Source: Podarcis vaucheri
Lineage: Eukaryota
Direction: 5' to 3' (one strand)
NCBI GenBank assembly: GCA_965113315.1
Contig: OZ220370.1
DNA length: 64,000 bases
Of this stretch, positions 51,848 to 64,000 are shown one piece after another; positions within the stretch are counted from its first letter, which is position 1, and the number at the start of each line of letters is the position of its first letter. Below the pieces are notes generated by a model. It was not told where the DNA came from. It made no database searches and saw nothing but the letters and a program-made list of their open reading frames with translations. The position numbers were made by a program, and so were the translations under genes.

Positions 51848-53483
51848 CGAACAGAAAGGGAATGGGGGACCCTTGCTTACCAGGCTCTGGAGGCTCTTGC
51901 ATGATCTCATGGGAGCCTCATGCAATTGCTCCAGAACCTGGCAAGAAAGGCGGAGTGCTTAAATAAAAAGCTTCTGCAAAGGGAAACAGTAGGAACGGCT
52001 TTCAGTGGATTCAGTGTTATTCTGCCTAGTAGCTCCTTGCACCAGCTAAGGCAAAGGAAGTGTTCTCAATTCCCCTAAGCCAACAATTTTCTCCCATGAA
52101 CTAGCACTGCGCACTTTCCCTCACTACCAGGATTACACTTGGGGGGGGGAGGCAAAGGAAATATTCATGTGCAATTGACTCATGTAGTACATTTGAGGGA
52201 TAATTCTGATTCTTCATTAGGTTTCTGCTGGGCTAGAAAGGTAATCAGTGGAGAGCCTGTTCTTACTCTGTTCCCACCCCTATTTATAAGAATAGGTATA
52301 AAAGTCTAGTGGTTGCAGATGATCTAAATGTATAATGAATAGTCACAAAGCACTAAGCAGCAAGGTCTATTTGCTAAGACCCAGGGTTCTAGAAGGCAAA
52401 GGCCAACTCCTACAGTTCCTAAAACGCAGAACAAAACACATAGGAGAAAGAAGTTATTCCACAGCCATGATTTCTCTTAAAGGAAATTCAATTACTAAAG
52501 AGGTAGTGGCTGCTTTTTAAAATACACAGGATTGAGCACAATGACCCCCATCACAGTACAGCCTGGGCAGTAAGTGCTGCCAAGAACCATCATTGTCATG
52601 TCGCTTTGCAGTGACAGCACTAAGATGACTGGTTTAGCAGCCCGCACAAGTTTCACAGGCTTCTACTGTATGGACTAAAGAGCTTTATCATAAATAAAGG
52701 AGCACAGGCAAGCACCCCTGTTGCAGCAATAGGTTATTTCCTCACACGCTTGGCAAAAGAAAGAAAGAAAAAAGAAGGAGCAGGGAATGACTATTAGTGG
52801 AGGAGACCTGTCTCCAAATAACTCTGCCTTTTGAATTCCACTTCCAGTAACCTACATCATTGTTTTTGTTTGCTACTATGTTGTGTATTTTTGTGTTTTA
52901 AATATTGTAACCCACACTGTGATCCTTGGATGAAGGGCAGTATAGAAATTTAATAATAATAATAATAACAACAACAACATTCCTGAACTTATTGTTGCAT
53001 ATGTGGAAGAAAGCATTTATTTGTCCCACAACATGCATACTATTTGTCCTACAACATGCTACTTTCAGCTACTTTGAAGCTATTCCTCTGCAAACCATAT
53101 CTGTCAGCTGGGTTCAGATTTTTAAATGAAATATAAAGCACTAGTTGCTACACAGCACTAGTTGCTACACAGTTGCTACACAGATTGTGACATGCCTGAG
53201 TTTTCACCTTTGCAATAGCTTCAACCTTCTACGGAAGTCTTCATACATATATGGGTTGTTAATTCCAAATTTCATTGACAGCAAAGGAAAACCATTTTGA
53301 ACCCTTCTTTGCCCTTAGTTTGCACTAATATGCCTTAGTTGGGACATGCGCATCTACCTACAAGCATAAAAATAAATAAATAATGGGCCCAAAGGGTCTT
53401 AAAATACAAGGGGTAGCAGAGCAGTGACAATTCTATGCAGAGCATCATATTCATACCAATGAATCATTGTCACTGTAACCGTA

Positions 53484-53837
53484 AAAGGTAAAGGGACCCC
53501 TGACCATTAGGTCCAGTCGCGGACAACTCTGGGGTTGCAGCAATCATCTCACTTTATTGGCCAAGGGAGCCAACATTTGTCCAGTTTTTCCGGGTCATGT
53601 GGCCAGCATGACTAAGCCGCTTCTGGCGAAACCAGAGCAGCGGACAGAAACGCTGTTTACCTTCGTGCCGGAGCAACACCTATTTATCTACTTGAACTTC
53701 ATGCTTTCAAACTGCTAAGTTGGCAGGTGCTGGGACTGAACAACGGGAGCTCACCCCATCGGAGGGATTCAAACCGCCGACCTTCTGATCGGCAAGCCCT
53801 AGGCTCTGTGGTTACACCACATCGCCACCCGCGTCCC
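53484..53837 (-). mobile_element. Sauria SINE, full length
   Basis: Head GGGACGCGGGTGGCG on minus strand, (ACCTTT) tail; 13-bp TSD CACTGTAACCGTA (53471-53483, 53838-53850). Confidence 0.92.
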
Positions 53838-54047
53838 CACTGTAACCGTAGTATCTAGCTATTACTACTATTTAGCACAGGGCAGTTAGACGGAGTGTTA
53901 TCACAATGATTGTTGTTGTGAATGGGTCACTCTGATTTTATTTTGTATACATTTTGTTTCTGCACAGAAATGTCACAGACATACTGTTACCCCTTTTGGC
54001 CACTTCATGTGTTTATAAAAGCAGACACTTGAAAACATTCTTCTTAC

Positions 54048-54220
54048 CTTGTTCTTTTATTTGACGAATCTGCTTCACAGTTTCTTTCAAGATTGCACAT
54101 TTGTCAGGTTTGAAGTTAAAATTGTCAATATCATTAAAATTAGCAAAGATCAGCTCTGCAAGCTCTTCTATGTATTTATTCTCTTGTTCGCGATTACGTT
54201 TTTCAGTGCTTCTTTTAGGA
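54048..54220 (-). CDS. NCOA2: NCOA2 coding exon 2, bHLH domain
   Basis: [57 protein letters not shown]; ttttcag acceptor, G|GTAAG donor; 173 nt. Confidence 0.97.
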
Positions 54221-56384
54221 CTGAAAATAAAAAAGGTCAGACTTTTTAAAACTGGCACCTTTTTTAAATGTGGAAAACATACATTTTAATTTAAAGTGGC
54301 AAAAAGCAGAAAAACAACCAACTCCCATTTCTCAGATAGATATATTTCATTTTAGAAATATTTCATTTCAAATATGGAAATATGGAAAGGATTAACCACA
54401 CATCCATGCCACTCAAAAGTTTTACTTCTTAGCACATATACAGCTTTTAAGGGTAACCGTTGAATTATGGAATAATGTTCAACATCACTGTAAAGTTGTC
54501 CAAGCTCCTTTACTGCTTGTCCAGCTGACAGGTTTATATATGGTGATTCCGGAGTCCCCAAAGATGATCCCCTCTTCACACCATCACCTGAAGAATTCAC
54601 AAACAATCTACCAAATATCAGGGACAGAAGGTAGCTCTAAATGTGTTGATTCTTGAATCCACTACTTACATTCAAATTGGGGTTGGAGATGATTTAAACT
54701 AGAATACCCATGATCATATTTCAATTGCAAATTGGGAATATTAAACCATTGTACAGTATTACATATACTTCTAAGGCAAGGCTACAATTCCACAACCATA
54801 TCACAGCTGCAAAGAATTTAGAATCTGAAAGCAACGATAGGGACAAAAATCAAAAGTAGTGGTGGAATCCGAATCCCAGTAGCTGCAGGGTGAAGAGTTC
54901 AAAGTGGCTCTCTTTTTTTATTTACTCAAGATTTACAGATTATGCAGGCTAAAGGTATCATAACTTGCTTGATTGACATAACTTACATGCATCTGAGAAT
55001 TTAGCTTTTATAGACACAGATTTTAACTTGGGGGGGTGTAGCATACACACAGTGTTGCTTACAGGGAAAGAAAAGATGTAAGAACAAAAGATTTGGCCCC
55101 CTGTCCTAACAGATTCTCACACACAATCAATCTCTCTCTCTCTCTCTCAAAATTTACCATATAAACCAAACGAGAGCAAGTGTTATAAGGAAACCAGAGC
55201 AGCAAGGTGTACAGTGCCAAAGCTGACTACAAAATAGATCACTCATTTCCTAGAGTTGCTGTGAGTTAAGTCACATGATGCTGATGAAAGCAAAGATCTC
55301 CAGGATCATTAGCAAATCTGGTCTTAACTCTTTATTTACAAGTGGAACCAGCAGCAAAATATTGCAGAGTGCAAGGCTCTTGTTCAGTTCAGTATTCCAT
55401 CCACTTATCCTTGCCTTCTTTCAATATATTCCACTCCACCCCTGATTTTCCGTTCCTGCCCACAGCAAGCACTCTGCATTCTGTGGCCAATCATCAACCA
55501 TTCAGTCTTCAAGGGCTATTTAACAGTCAGAAATTTTAAAAAACCCAGTCTCCCATCTTCCTGCTCAGGGTTCTAGCCAGCCACAACCTTTTCCATGATA
55601 CTCCCACTCTCTCCCCCCTAAACAAGACACACAGTGCTGGGTGCCCATTGAACATGCCCAGAATTCAATTCAGCTTGTTTTGGTGCATCTTCCCTCTTAA
55701 GTTCCACCCACAAAGTTTGTTTATCTGCAAACCTTTGAGCTCTCCCCTTGCTCTTCTACATAAAGGCAGATACCACTTGGGAAAATGAGTTTGCTGTAAC
55801 TATCAGATGTTTTATTGCCATTTACACACATGGTGTTTTACAGAGATTATTTTCTGAGCCTGGGACAAACTTGTGACAGCCCCATTATCCCATTTTGAAA
55901 AACTGGGTGTACTGATTAGTGTACTTTAGCTTATTTAGTTCCCTTTCTCTAAGCTTCATACCTTTCTGGCTGCATTATTTGTATTTACATTCAGACAAGG
56001 TTGTATAGCAGGTGCATATATTTATTATATGCAAGTGACAAAATGTCCTTTAGACACTGTTTCTTGATCCTGGGATCTACCATCAGTTCCTCTATTATTC
56101 ATTGTTTTCTTTATGTATGCCCTGGTTTTAAATATATTTTCCCCTAAGGAGCCAAGAAGCCTAAGCCATTTACTCACATATGTTCTGATGCCTGTAAATA
56201 CTATGAGAGCAGCTGTGCTTCCACTGACCCAGCAACCTGAACATTCCTCTTTCTTGCTGCCAGCTCATTATTACACCCTCATCACAAGAGGTGCCTCCTC
56301 ACAGGAAAGACCAGTAAGAACTAAGCACCTCTGGGATTTGCAGTTTTTGACAAGAGTATGTTGCATAGGGAGACATGCTTCCTT

Positions 56385-56834
56385 CCTGGTCCTGAAACTA
56401 CATGTACGTCCGACAGAAAGACCTACATTGGCTCCCAGTACGTTTCCGAGCACAATTCAAAGTGTTGGTGCTGACCTTTAAAGCCCTAAACGGCCTCGGT
56501 CCAGTATACCTGAAGGAGCGTCTCCCCCCCCCATCATTCTGCCCGGACGCTGAGGTCCAGCGCCGAGGGCCTTCTGGCGGTTCCCTCATTGCGAGAAGCA
56601 AAGCTACAGGGAACCAGGCAGAGGGCCTCCTCGGTAGTGGCGCCCGCCCTGTGGAACGCCCTTCCAGCAGATGTCAAAGTAATAAACAACTACCTGACAT
56701 TCAGAAGACATCTTAAGGCAGCCCTGTTCAGGGAAGTTTTTAACGTATGATATTTTACTGTATTTTTTGTTTCTATGGAAGCCGCCCAGAGTGGCTGGGG
56801 AGGCCCAGCCAGATGGGCGGGGTATAAATAATAA

Positions 56835-56867
<33 letters not shown>
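56385..56867 (+). mobile_element. L2-clade LINE 3' end with (TTA)n tail
   Basis: DLHWLPVRFRAQFKVLVLTFKALNGLGPVYLKERL; overlaps the 8710-9137 copy in sequence. Confidence 0.88.
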
Positions 56868-56940
56868 GAGAGACAAGTTTATTCTAACACCCCATTATCT
56901 AGCTTACGATGACAAAAATATGGGCTGTACGAAGTGTGTA

Positions 56941-57274
56941 TAAAGGTAAAGGTAAAGGACCCCTGACAGTTAAGTCCAGTTGCAAACGACTCTGGGGTTG
57001 TGGTGCTCGTCTCGCTTTACTGGCCGAGGGAGCCGACATTTGTGCACAGACAGTTTTTCCGGGTCACGTGGCCAGCATGACTAAGCCGCTTCTGGCGAAA
57101 CCAGAGCAGCGCACAGAAACGCCACTGACCTTCCCGCTGGAGTGGTACCTATTTATCTACTTGCACTTTGACGTGCTTTCGAACGGGAGCTCACCCTGTC
57201 ACAGGGATTTGAACCGCCAACCTTCTGAATGGCAAGCCCTAGGCTTTGTGGTTTAGACCACAGCGCCACCCGCG
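56941..57274 (-). mobile_element. Sauria SINE with small internal deletion
   Basis: Same body as 53484-53837. Confidence 0.9.
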
Positions 57275-57720
57275 CTTGGCCCACATGCAGCAAACATATA
57301 TCACACCACAAAAGTTTGTCAATTTGACCATGTAACTTCTAAAGAGTTTCCAAGACTTCATGGTGAAAGATGTGCATTGTTTTTCAATTGGCACCTGCTA
57401 AACATTTAAGATTATGTGTGCTTAGAAAGTAATATTAAACAGTCGATGGACAATGGATTGAATAAAGGAGTTGGGCACTAGTTAGTAACTTCAAATAGCT
57501 TTGCAATTTTACAGAAACTGAAAGACCAAACCCTGCAACTAAGGTTCAACTGACTTAATACATCCTCAGCAGGAAGATGATGACTCAAAACTGTTCTTTT
57601 CTTTCCCCAGAAACAAAATTCAAAGAATAAATGGTATTATAATTTGAAATGACAATAAAATGAAATAACTTGTCATCTATAGTAGTGACTTAAAAGAGTG
57701 GTAAGGCAAAGTGAATATAT

Positions 57721-58296
57721 GAATCATAGAATCATAGAGTTGGAAGAGACCACAAGGGCCATCGAGTCCAACCCCCTGCCAAGCAGGAAACACCATCAGA
57801 GCACTCCTGACATATGGTTGTCAAGCCTCTGCTTAAAGACCTCCAAAGTGGGAGACTCCACCACACTCCTTGGCAGCAAATTCCACTGTTGAACAGCTCT
57901 TACTGTCAGGAAGTTCTTCCTAATGTTTAGGTGGAATCTTCTTTCTTGTAGTTTGGATCCATTGCTCCGTGTCCGCTTCTCTGGAGCAGCAGAAAACAAC
58001 CTTTCTCCCTCCTCTATGTGACATCCTTTTATATATTTGAACATGGCTATCATATCACCCCTTAACCTCCTCTTCTCCAGGCTAAACATGCCCAGCTCCC
58101 TTAGCCGTTCCTCATAAGGCATCGTTTCCAGGCCTTTGACCATTTTGGTTGCCCTCCTCTGGACACGTTCCAGTTTGTCAGTGTCCTTCTTGAATTGTGG
58201 TGCCCAGAACTGGACACAGTACTCCAGGTGAGGTCTGACCAGAGCAGAATACAGTGGCATTATTACTTCCCTTGATCTAGATGCTATACTCCTATG
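57721..58296 (-). mobile_element. Young CR1 LINE, 5'-truncated (ORF2 C-terminus and 3'UTR)
   Basis: Uninterrupted ORF ..[44 protein letters not shown]..; ATTCTATG tail; ends about 75 bp from the donor of coding exon 1. Confidence 0.95.
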
Positions 58297-58371
58297 CACC
58301 CAACCAATCAAATAATATATTTTTCTGTAAATCCTTTAGCTCCCGGGGTTCTATAAAGTATTCTAACTAAC

Positions 58372-58457
58372 CTGGGTCCAAGTTGATCAGGACATTCCTT
58401 GCGTTTTCTTGACTCTGCCCGGGCTGGGTCAGAGGAATTTTCACCAATCCCACTCAT
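58372..58457 (-). CDS. NCOA2: NCOA2 coding exon 1 ([28 protein letters not shown]); exon including 19-nt 5'UTR is 58372-58476
   Basis: Manual translation matches the NCOA2 N-terminus. Acceptor tctttcag, start context caagATG, donor AG|GTTAGT. Not in the ORF track. Confidence 0.96.
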
Positions 58458-59333
58458 CTTGAACACATATCAGCAACTGAAAGAGACAAAGCATAATAAA
58501 ACAGTTAGAATAAAGAGACAGTATTCCATAAGTCTCATAGTACTTGAGCTTTCGATAGTCTTTGTACCCCACCACTTTTATAATCCGCTTGTTTCAATAA
58601 ACAACGTACATTTTCCCCCTTAAATTTCCATTAAACTTCCAGTGGTGTTCTATCAGAAAACAATTAATGAACAGTTTTTCTTTCTCTCTGATAAAATTAA
58701 ATCAATTTCGTAACCAGGATCTCATTATACACTGTTTCTGAACCTTGGAAAATCTTCTAAGCTATTTCTCCTAGGATGTAACAGTTTATAAATAAGTAAA
58801 TACGGGACCAACTAGTGTGGTCTTTCAGCTGCTTATATATTTACCTGAATCTTGGGACCTGCCTTAACTGAAATCAGCTATTCTAAGGTCTTCTACACAG
58901 ATTATATGTTTACAAGCTCTTATCCTTGTAGTATTAACCACACAGCAAAGCTTCAAAAAATAAGGGAGGGACACTTCCATTGCTTTAGTGCCCCCAGGGA
59001 GTTAAAGAGATACACTCTCTGGTCAAAAGAAAGCCATCTTTCCACCTGACTCTACTAAGCTAGTTTAAAACAAATATTTGCAGTCTACTGATTGGGGTGA
59101 TGTACATCTGTCTAAGTTTTATGCACTATGGAAATACGTAAATCTAAATTACACCAGAAAGATATGCACACATTGCCATTTTTACAAGGGAATGACTTAA
59201 ATCTATACAAAATACCAATACTTGCAGGTTTTAGGAAGAACTAAAGCACAATGGTTTGTAGCAAATATAAATCATTCTTAGTCATTTCTTTATAGGCTTC
59301 CATGTGTTCTAAATCGTGGGAGGGATGGAGGAG

Positions 59334-59337
59334 GTGT

Positions 59338-59375
<38 letters not shown>

Positions 59376-59390
59376 GAGAGAGAGAGAGAG
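59334..59390. repeat. (GT)n(GA)n compound microsatellite
   Basis: Direct reading. Confidence 0.9.
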
Positions 59391-61129
59391 GGGGGGAATG
59401 AATGAATCATACAGTCTCAATCACACACACACACACATCCCCAAAGATAGGAAGCTCTCTTAGTAGTCCTAAGCATCATTTAGCAACCTAAATAGAAAAA
59501 GGTCTATCCAACGTCATAGCTGAGCTGAGGAAGCAACCAACTGTGTTATATATAACAAAGTGTACAATAAACTGCATCCTAGTTGGCAGGCTTATTTAAT
59601 ATTAAACCAATCCTTCTAAGGAACTCTCCTACGGTTTGATTTCACCCCAAAGGCGCATTTCTCCATTGTTTCTAGAGATAAGATGGATGATGCCAACAAC
59701 AACAGCCTTCTAAAGCAAGACTACTTATGACCCAACATGAAATTTGTGCACAGTTGTAAATTTAATTGCTTACAGTAGAGTTTTTCTCTAAAACTCTCCT
59801 CCTCCTTAAAACTTCCCAGAAGAGGCATTTTGTTTTTCGTTTAGTTCTGCATAACAATTCTACAGTCTACTGTGAAAAATTCACATTGCTGTTATAACTA
59901 ATTATCACATTATCCTTCATGTAGGAGTGTACACAGTCTGGATTTCCAGTGTATGTTGCACAGGTGGGAAGTTTCATCCTTCAGTGGTGCCTTGGCTCTG
60001 AAGACTTTTGGGATAGTCTACCATCTGCTATAAAATGAGGCAGACTTTTCTTCTTCTTCTTCTTTTTTCAAATTCCCAAATGCTGGAGTTATTGTTTCAT
60101 TTTCCTTTCAGAACATATCTGATCTTTCAAAAACACAACAGTTCTTTTTCCAAATCATATTACCTCCTAGCGAGCATGTCATGAAGAAGGCTTATCAGTC
60201 TGACATTTTTAATGAGTTAAATATTCTCAACCAAAAAGCTTGGCATTAAATGACAGATTAAAAATGGGAAAATAAATAAAAAGAACAATCTACAAATCCA
60301 ATTACATAGAGCTACTGAAAGTTTACAGTGATGCAACATTCAATACATATGATACGTTCACATCATTTAGTAGCTAGCGAACTATTTTTGTCTAAAATAA
60401 TATTTAAATATAGGGTTGGAGATTACTGAACATTAAACAACTAACTTCATCAAAATACTATTGTATAAAAGCACTTGTTGAACGTTCTGAGAAAATATTT
60501 CCTTATGTCTGTTTGAGTAACCAAAATTCAGAATATGCTCCAAACAGTAGCTTTTAACAGTGATAATAGCATGAAAGCAGTTGCCAAATAGGTGTAGTGT
60601 ATAACTGATCCCATGACCTGATTTTGGACTCACTGACCTGATTAAGACTGCAACTCTGCCATGATCAGATTTTCTCAGTTTATGCTTTTAAGTTAAAGAG
60701 TCCTGGGGATGGTGAAAAAGATGATGGCAATGGTTCTAGGGGAAGTAGTATTTAACCCTTTCTCCCATGTCCTTTTCCAGATCGGAATTTTAAGGGAGAC
60801 GATTATATTCGGGTTTTGTCTTTTTTCTTTTCTCCCCTTGAATTTTAAAGGTGCGGCTTATATCCAGGTGCGTCTTTTATTCGGTACTTTGGACCTGAAC
60901 TCTAGCTTTCTCCCTTTCAAGCTACTGTCGACCCCACTGCCCTTTGGAATATTTGTTAAAGTTTGTTTTCTTTGTGCACAAACACACATGCTTGCTATTT
61001 TCTTTTGCTAATTTTTCAGTTGGTAACCTTGGGAAAGTTTCTCTCTCTCAGCCTAGTCAACATCACATAGTTGTTCTGAGGCTAAAACATGAGCCATTGA
61101 GCAACATGGAGGAGAGTAAGATACAACTC

Positions 61130-61167
61130 GTATCTGAAGAAGTGTGCATGCACACGAAAGCTCATAC
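61130..61167 (+). ncRNA. Minimal type I hammerhead ribozyme motif (Penelope-like element remnant)
   Basis: GTAT-CTGAAGA-A-GTGTG-CATG-CACAC-GAAA-GCTC-ATAC; stems I and II complementary; palindromic AGCT stem III. Confidence 0.72.
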
Positions 61168-61326
61168 CAATAACAAACTCCAGCATCTTCAACTTAAATT
61201 TGACAATTGGCTGTTAAGGCTCATTGTACAATTTAATAAAACACCTAAAGTTTAGGATTATTTAAACAAAAAAATTTGACATATTGTATTAATTGCAGAA
61301 ATGAAAACAGCAGGGAGTACCTAACG

Positions 61327-61558
61327 TAAGGTAAAGGTAAAGGTACTCCTGACCGTTAGGTCTAGTTGCGGACGACTCTGGGGTTGTGGCGCTCATCTTG
61401 CTCTACAGGCTGAGGGAGCTGGGGTTTGTCCACAGACAGCTTCCGGGCCATGCGGCCAGCATGACTAAGCCGCTTCTGGCGAACCAGAGCAGCGCACAGA
61501 AAAATAGTTTACCTTCCCTCCGGAGCGGTATCTATTTATCTACTTGTATTTTGACATG
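61327..61558 (-). mobile_element. Sauria SINE 3' part (5' head missing)
   Basis: ggtaaaggtaaagg tail and body ..gccagcatgactaagccgcttctggcgaaccagagc.. Confidence 0.88.
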
Positions 61559-61673
61559 CCAGATTTTTGGGACTACAACTCCCATCATCCCTAGCTAACA
61601 GGACCAGTGGCCAGGGATGATGGGAATTGTAGTACCAAAAAAACATCTGGAGGGCCGAGTTTGGGGATGCCTG
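61559..61673. mobile_element. Palindromic hAT-type MITE, left end missing
   Basis: actacaactcccatcatccct / agggatgatgggaattgtagt; right end gagtttggggatgcctg. Confidence 0.8.
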
Positions 61674-62107
61674 GCCTAAGGTTACAATCCTGTGGTGGTT
61701 CCCCACACTCATTAGGTTCAGGTGACCTTCACTAGGGCTAGTAACTATAGCAGGCTGTGCCTTATGGATCACCCTACTAGTAGATGTTCAGCAGGAACTA
61801 TCCCTCCCTTAGTTCAGACATCTTCTGAAAACTCTATGTTTTAGTGAGGCCTCTGCAATTTGAATTTTCTCTTTTTAATCAAGTAAGTATTTGCTGAAGT
61901 TTTCTGGATTTCATTCATATATGCTGTATACGGCCTTGATGTATTTTATGTGGAAGTGTGGATAACAAATATATAAATAAATTATTCAAATAAACAAATA
62001 AGAGGATGGTCTGATAAAATATAACCACAGTAGCCTTTGCACTTGAAATATTTTAATTTTCTGTTGATCTAGGATTCAATGAGGCATTCAAGTAGTATAT
62101 CCAATTA

Positions 62108-62274
62108 CCGTATTTTTTGCACCATAACACTCACTTTTTTCCTCCTAGAAAGTAAGGGGAAATGTCTGTGCGTGTTATGGAGGGAATGCCTACAGGTGGC
62201 ATGCCTACGGAGTTTCCTCCTCTAAAAACTACGTGCATGTTATGGTCGGGTGCGTGTTATAGAGCGAAAAATAC
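62108..62274. mobile_element. Tc1/mariner (Tc2/pogo-like) MITE
   Basis: TA|CCGTATTTTTTGCACCATAAC ... GTTATAGAGCGAAAAATAC (right tip eroded). Confidence 0.75.
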
Positions 62275-63730
62275 ACCTTCCAAGCTTTTTATATGCTGTT
62301 TACCCCCAAACAGAAGCAGACAGTAGAAATCATTAGCTAAATAATGGTATGAAGATAGGATTTAAGGCTATGTAGACTGGCACCAAAGAAAATAACCCTA
62401 ATACATTTAACACCTTTCTACTATTTCACACACCTTTTTCTCAAAAACAGAGCTTAGAAAAGCATTTCAGCAGAGCTTTTAACCGATGACTGAAGTTTTC
62501 CGATGCACAAGTTAGTTTATTTATTTATTTATTGAAAAAGTAATGCCTCTTTTCCCCCTGAATGTTAAAATGGGAACCATAACACAAACGTTTTCTGAGT
62601 AAATTCTCGGGATATAATTACAATTATTGAGAACACTCTGGTTTCTACCAGATGTTGGGTAAAAGAACAGAGCAAGAAAACTGTTTCCATTTTCTCTTGT
62701 TATCAGTATCAAAACAATAGTTTCTGTTTTCATTGTGACAAGCAAACCCTTATTCACATCCTCTACACTGCAGAACAGTATAACAGAAGAGGCCTGAACC
62801 TAAGTATGTAATAGAAGCAATGATAATCTTGCAGATAATCTTCCATTTTTAAGTGCATAAAATGCAAGGAAATAAATAATCACACACATACACACATGAA
62901 AAAGCAGAATGGATCAATGATACAAATATAGCATTCTACTACTTCCTCATCTTTAGTACCCCTGCTAGAAGTTTGTACAGGCAACTCTCCATTTACACAT
63001 GTTCTATTTGAGTGTGACCACACATACAGTGCCAGGAACCCAGAAGTGGATCCCAGAAATGGAGAGCACCCTGGAGAGCCTTCCTGGCTCATGTGGAGAC
63101 CCTCCCCATAGCCCATAGAGGATGCCCTTTTTGGGTTCTGTGAAGGGTCTCCTCTCGAGCTGGAAGCACAAGCAGGGCTTTGCAGAGGCCTCCTGTCTAA
63201 CAGCTGACATGGGGGTAGTGTAGCAGCCACTTTCCTGCATATCAGCTGTGTGAGCCGGAGGGACAACGTGGCTTGCTCAGCTGATGTGCGGGAAAGCTGG
63301 CCTATGAAAGGGAAATATGCTGATTGTACTATCTGTGTACCTTTTGCTATCTCTATGACTGAACTGGTTAAAGAGAGGTAATTGGAAATTCATTGGCTAA
63401 AGGAAAGGCCTTGAAAAAATGAGTTTATACATTGTAAATTAAATAACACAAAAATGTTCAAAAAGCATCCTCATGGACAGGAGAAAATACTCCTGTACCT
63501 AAAAGTTAATTGACCACAACAGTTTCAACTATGCAATTCCTGCTCTGAGCATACTTTTATAATAAAACCTTTATGATAAGTATTCCCTAGCAATAAATAG
63601 TTCATCCATATGCACAGCAACAACCAGACTGGGCTGAAAGCACAACCTGTGACTTTAAAGTTACAAATATAATATATACTGGTGCTAACTAGTAGTCTCA
63701 TACCTTCTTCTCCTCCCTTCCCTTCTAAAA

Positions 63731-64000
63731 AAGGTAAGTCCAGTTGCGAACGACTTTGGGGTTGCGGCGCTCTTCTCGCTTTACTGGCCGAGGGAGCCAA
63801 CGTTTGTCCGCAGACAGTTTTTCTGGGTCATATGGCCAGCATGACTAAGCCGCTTCTGGCAAAACCAGAGCAGTACATGGAAATGCTGTTTACCTTCCCG
63901 CCAGAGTGGTACCTATTTATCTACTTGCACTTTGATGTACTTTCGAACTGCTAGGTTGGCAGGAGCTGGAACTGAGCAATGGGAGCTCACCCCGTCGTGG
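63731..64000 (-). mobile_element. Sauria SINE running off the window end
   Basis: Same body as the other copies. Confidence 0.9.

Noticed and set aside
57796-58311. 171-aa ORF as a host gene
   Set aside because: CR1 ORF2 C-terminal fragment without the RT core; not an autonomous element
53484-64000. All four Sauria SINEs share the NCOA2-sense orientation
   Set aside because: With four copies this happens by chance 1 time in 8
1-64000. CRISPR arrays, rRNA or prokaryote-type systems
   Set aside because: No repeat-spacer arrays or operons; the window is a spliced vertebrate locus

Overview
Vertebrate (squamate, probably lacertid lizard, judged from Sauria/Squam-type SINEs) genomic DNA. It holds the complete coding region of NCOA2 (SRC-2/TIF2/GRIP1, p160 nuclear receptor coactivator) on the minus strand. 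I mapped 21 coding exons by hand, from ATG at 58457 to TGA at 8645. All introns are GT-AG and phase-consistent, giving 4380 nt = 1459 aa (bHLH, PAS-A, PAS-B, three LxxLL NR boxes, AD1, Q-rich region, AD2). The 3'UTR runs to about 5.2 kb and contains two N gaps. The 5' non-coding exons lie beyond the window. A CpG-rich block at 1-1.2 kb may be the 5' end of the neighbouring gene (PRDM14 by human synteny; inference only). Introns carry typical lizard repeats: CR1, L2, RTE, Sauria SINE, Squam3-like and tRNA-Ile/CR1-tail SINEs, hAT and Tc1/mariner MITEs, and Penelope-like remnants. Most interesting observations: (1) a candidate 29-nt exon in the PAS-B intron whose in-frame stop overlaps a new in-frame ATG (CC-ATGA), which could split NCOA2 or yield an MKRKFA-initiated form lacking bHLH-PAS; (2) a candidate internal promoter and first exon downstream of the bHLH exon; (3) Penelope-type minimal hammerhead ribozyme motifs, two of them in a perfect 93-bp inverted repeat; (4) a near-identical inverted CR1 pair bracketing six exons. 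Repeat family names and human comparisons come from recall, not database searches.
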